DNA of 64,000 nt from Eledone cirrhosa. Taxonomy: Eukaryota. The stretch lies in contig OZ024742.1 of the NCBI GenBank assembly GCA_964016885.1, positions 264,802,001-264,866,000 on the forward strand, read 5' to 3'. The notes under the pieces are model-generated. The model worked only from the letters and a program-made list of their open reading frames with translations, had not been told where the DNA came from and made no database searches. The translations under genes and the position numbers were made by a program. This document shows, piece by piece, positions 62,985-64,000 of the stretch. The first letter of the stretch is position 1, and the number at the start of each line of letters is the position of its first letter.

Positions 62985-64000
62985 GTTACTTTATTAGCCA
63001 CAGGGACACAAAAGAAGGGGACAAATATAAAGGGGGAAGTTTACATACAATAAAAACGTGTAAAATACTATCACAAATGCAATTTAAAAGTTAATCGATT
63101 TTCCCCAATAGGGGAAGACATTTCATATGGGTAACACATACCCCCAAAAATATGTGCAACCCTCATCTCCAGGAGTACGAAGAGTTTGTAACCCTTTCCT
63201 CTCTTCCTCTTTTTCCTCAACCTACAGGCTGATATAGAGAGAAGGCCCATTCACTTAGGCCATTCTCGCCACTTTCACCCACCTTTCATAAAACTTGCTG
63301 AGGTACAGCACCTCTCTCTCCATCCTGATTCTTCTTCCAAAGAAGTATTTGAAAAAAGAATCAGTTGTTGGCCGGAGAGAAAGGTGTCTGACCTCAGCCC
63401 TTTTAACCTTGTCCACGATACAACCTCTTTCGCCATAGCAATCACACAAAGGAAAACCGCCTCTCCTTCGTTTTTGAAGGAGGGTGGCGGTTTGATCATG
63501 ACAATGTACTCGGTGGTCAACCGGATTGGACCCACCCGCGACAATAGTCATTCTACATAGCCCCACAGGTCGGTAAATCCCGGGCAGTGTATGAATGTCT
63601 GCGCGACGGTTTCTTCATCTCGCACACATCTCGGACAGATCTTTTTCGAAGGGTCCCTGCCCGGGCGCCCATGTCTGTAGAGCTTGTCTCGAACTGGTAG
63701 AGCTCCTTGGTAGCACTGCCAGGCCAGGGACTTTTGGAAGTTGTCCATCGTTCCCGGGCGGAAGGTCCTACCGAACACTGGCCAGTTCATTTTCCTCTAC
63801 GCCCAGAGTTTCTCCGAGCACATCGTCGCACTTGCTGCGGATCAACCCTCTATAGAATGACGAAGTGGAGTCTCCACTGATCGCCGTGTCCGCCTACCAG
63901 AGGGCTGTGAGCGCCTGAGCACATTCGATGTGCCAGTCGCCCATTTTCCTCGGTCTTTGCTTGACCTGCAGCTCTGTCAGCGAGATGAGTCGTGGGAAGG
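62985..64000 (-). mobile_element. Second Tx1/L1-clade LINE of the same family (3' end; continues beyond window)
   Basis: ORFs 63548-63790 and 63275-63544 parallel 58870-59646 (WQCYQGALPVRDKL..CPRC..HC); AATAAA at 62990-62995 (-). Confidence 0.9.

Overview
Eukaryotic, AT-rich, CpG-depleted, repeat-dense animal DNA. The microsatellite load and SINE/LINE repertoire look cephalopod (Octopus-like); this is inference, not proven. No bacterial-type features, rRNA, true tRNA or CRISPR were found. Most of the window is intergenic/intronic, tiled with decayed transposons: RTE-clade LINEs (several with a PHD-type C4HC3 finger inside the RT region), R4/Dong-like RLE LINEs, two tandem Tx1/L1-like LINEs, a CR1 3' end, Penelope-like relics with hammerhead ribozyme motifs, a non-autonomous Helitron, a hAT MITE, hAT and Tigger/pogo transposase relics, and about four SINE families. 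Hidden among them, and missed by the ORF track, are two well-supported small + strand exons (37591-37723, 50992-51057) that splice in frame to ...RKRKGSLIDFESGDDDDDLCSNTDDPKKYA(R). This resembles the pre-bHLH N-terminus of BMAL1/CYCLE; a candidate start exon and a 10-nt microexon lie just upstream. Most notable: different retroelement clades each sit in their own microsatellite ((TA)n, (TAA)n, (GATA)n); a GATA-embedded, endonuclease-deleted Tx1-like element in a head-to-tail array; a 270-bp internally deleted Dong derivative; a ~200-bp palindrome carrying a hammerhead ribozyme; and two RTE copies with near-identical internal inversions. Coordinates were read by eye; boundaries of decayed elements are approximate.
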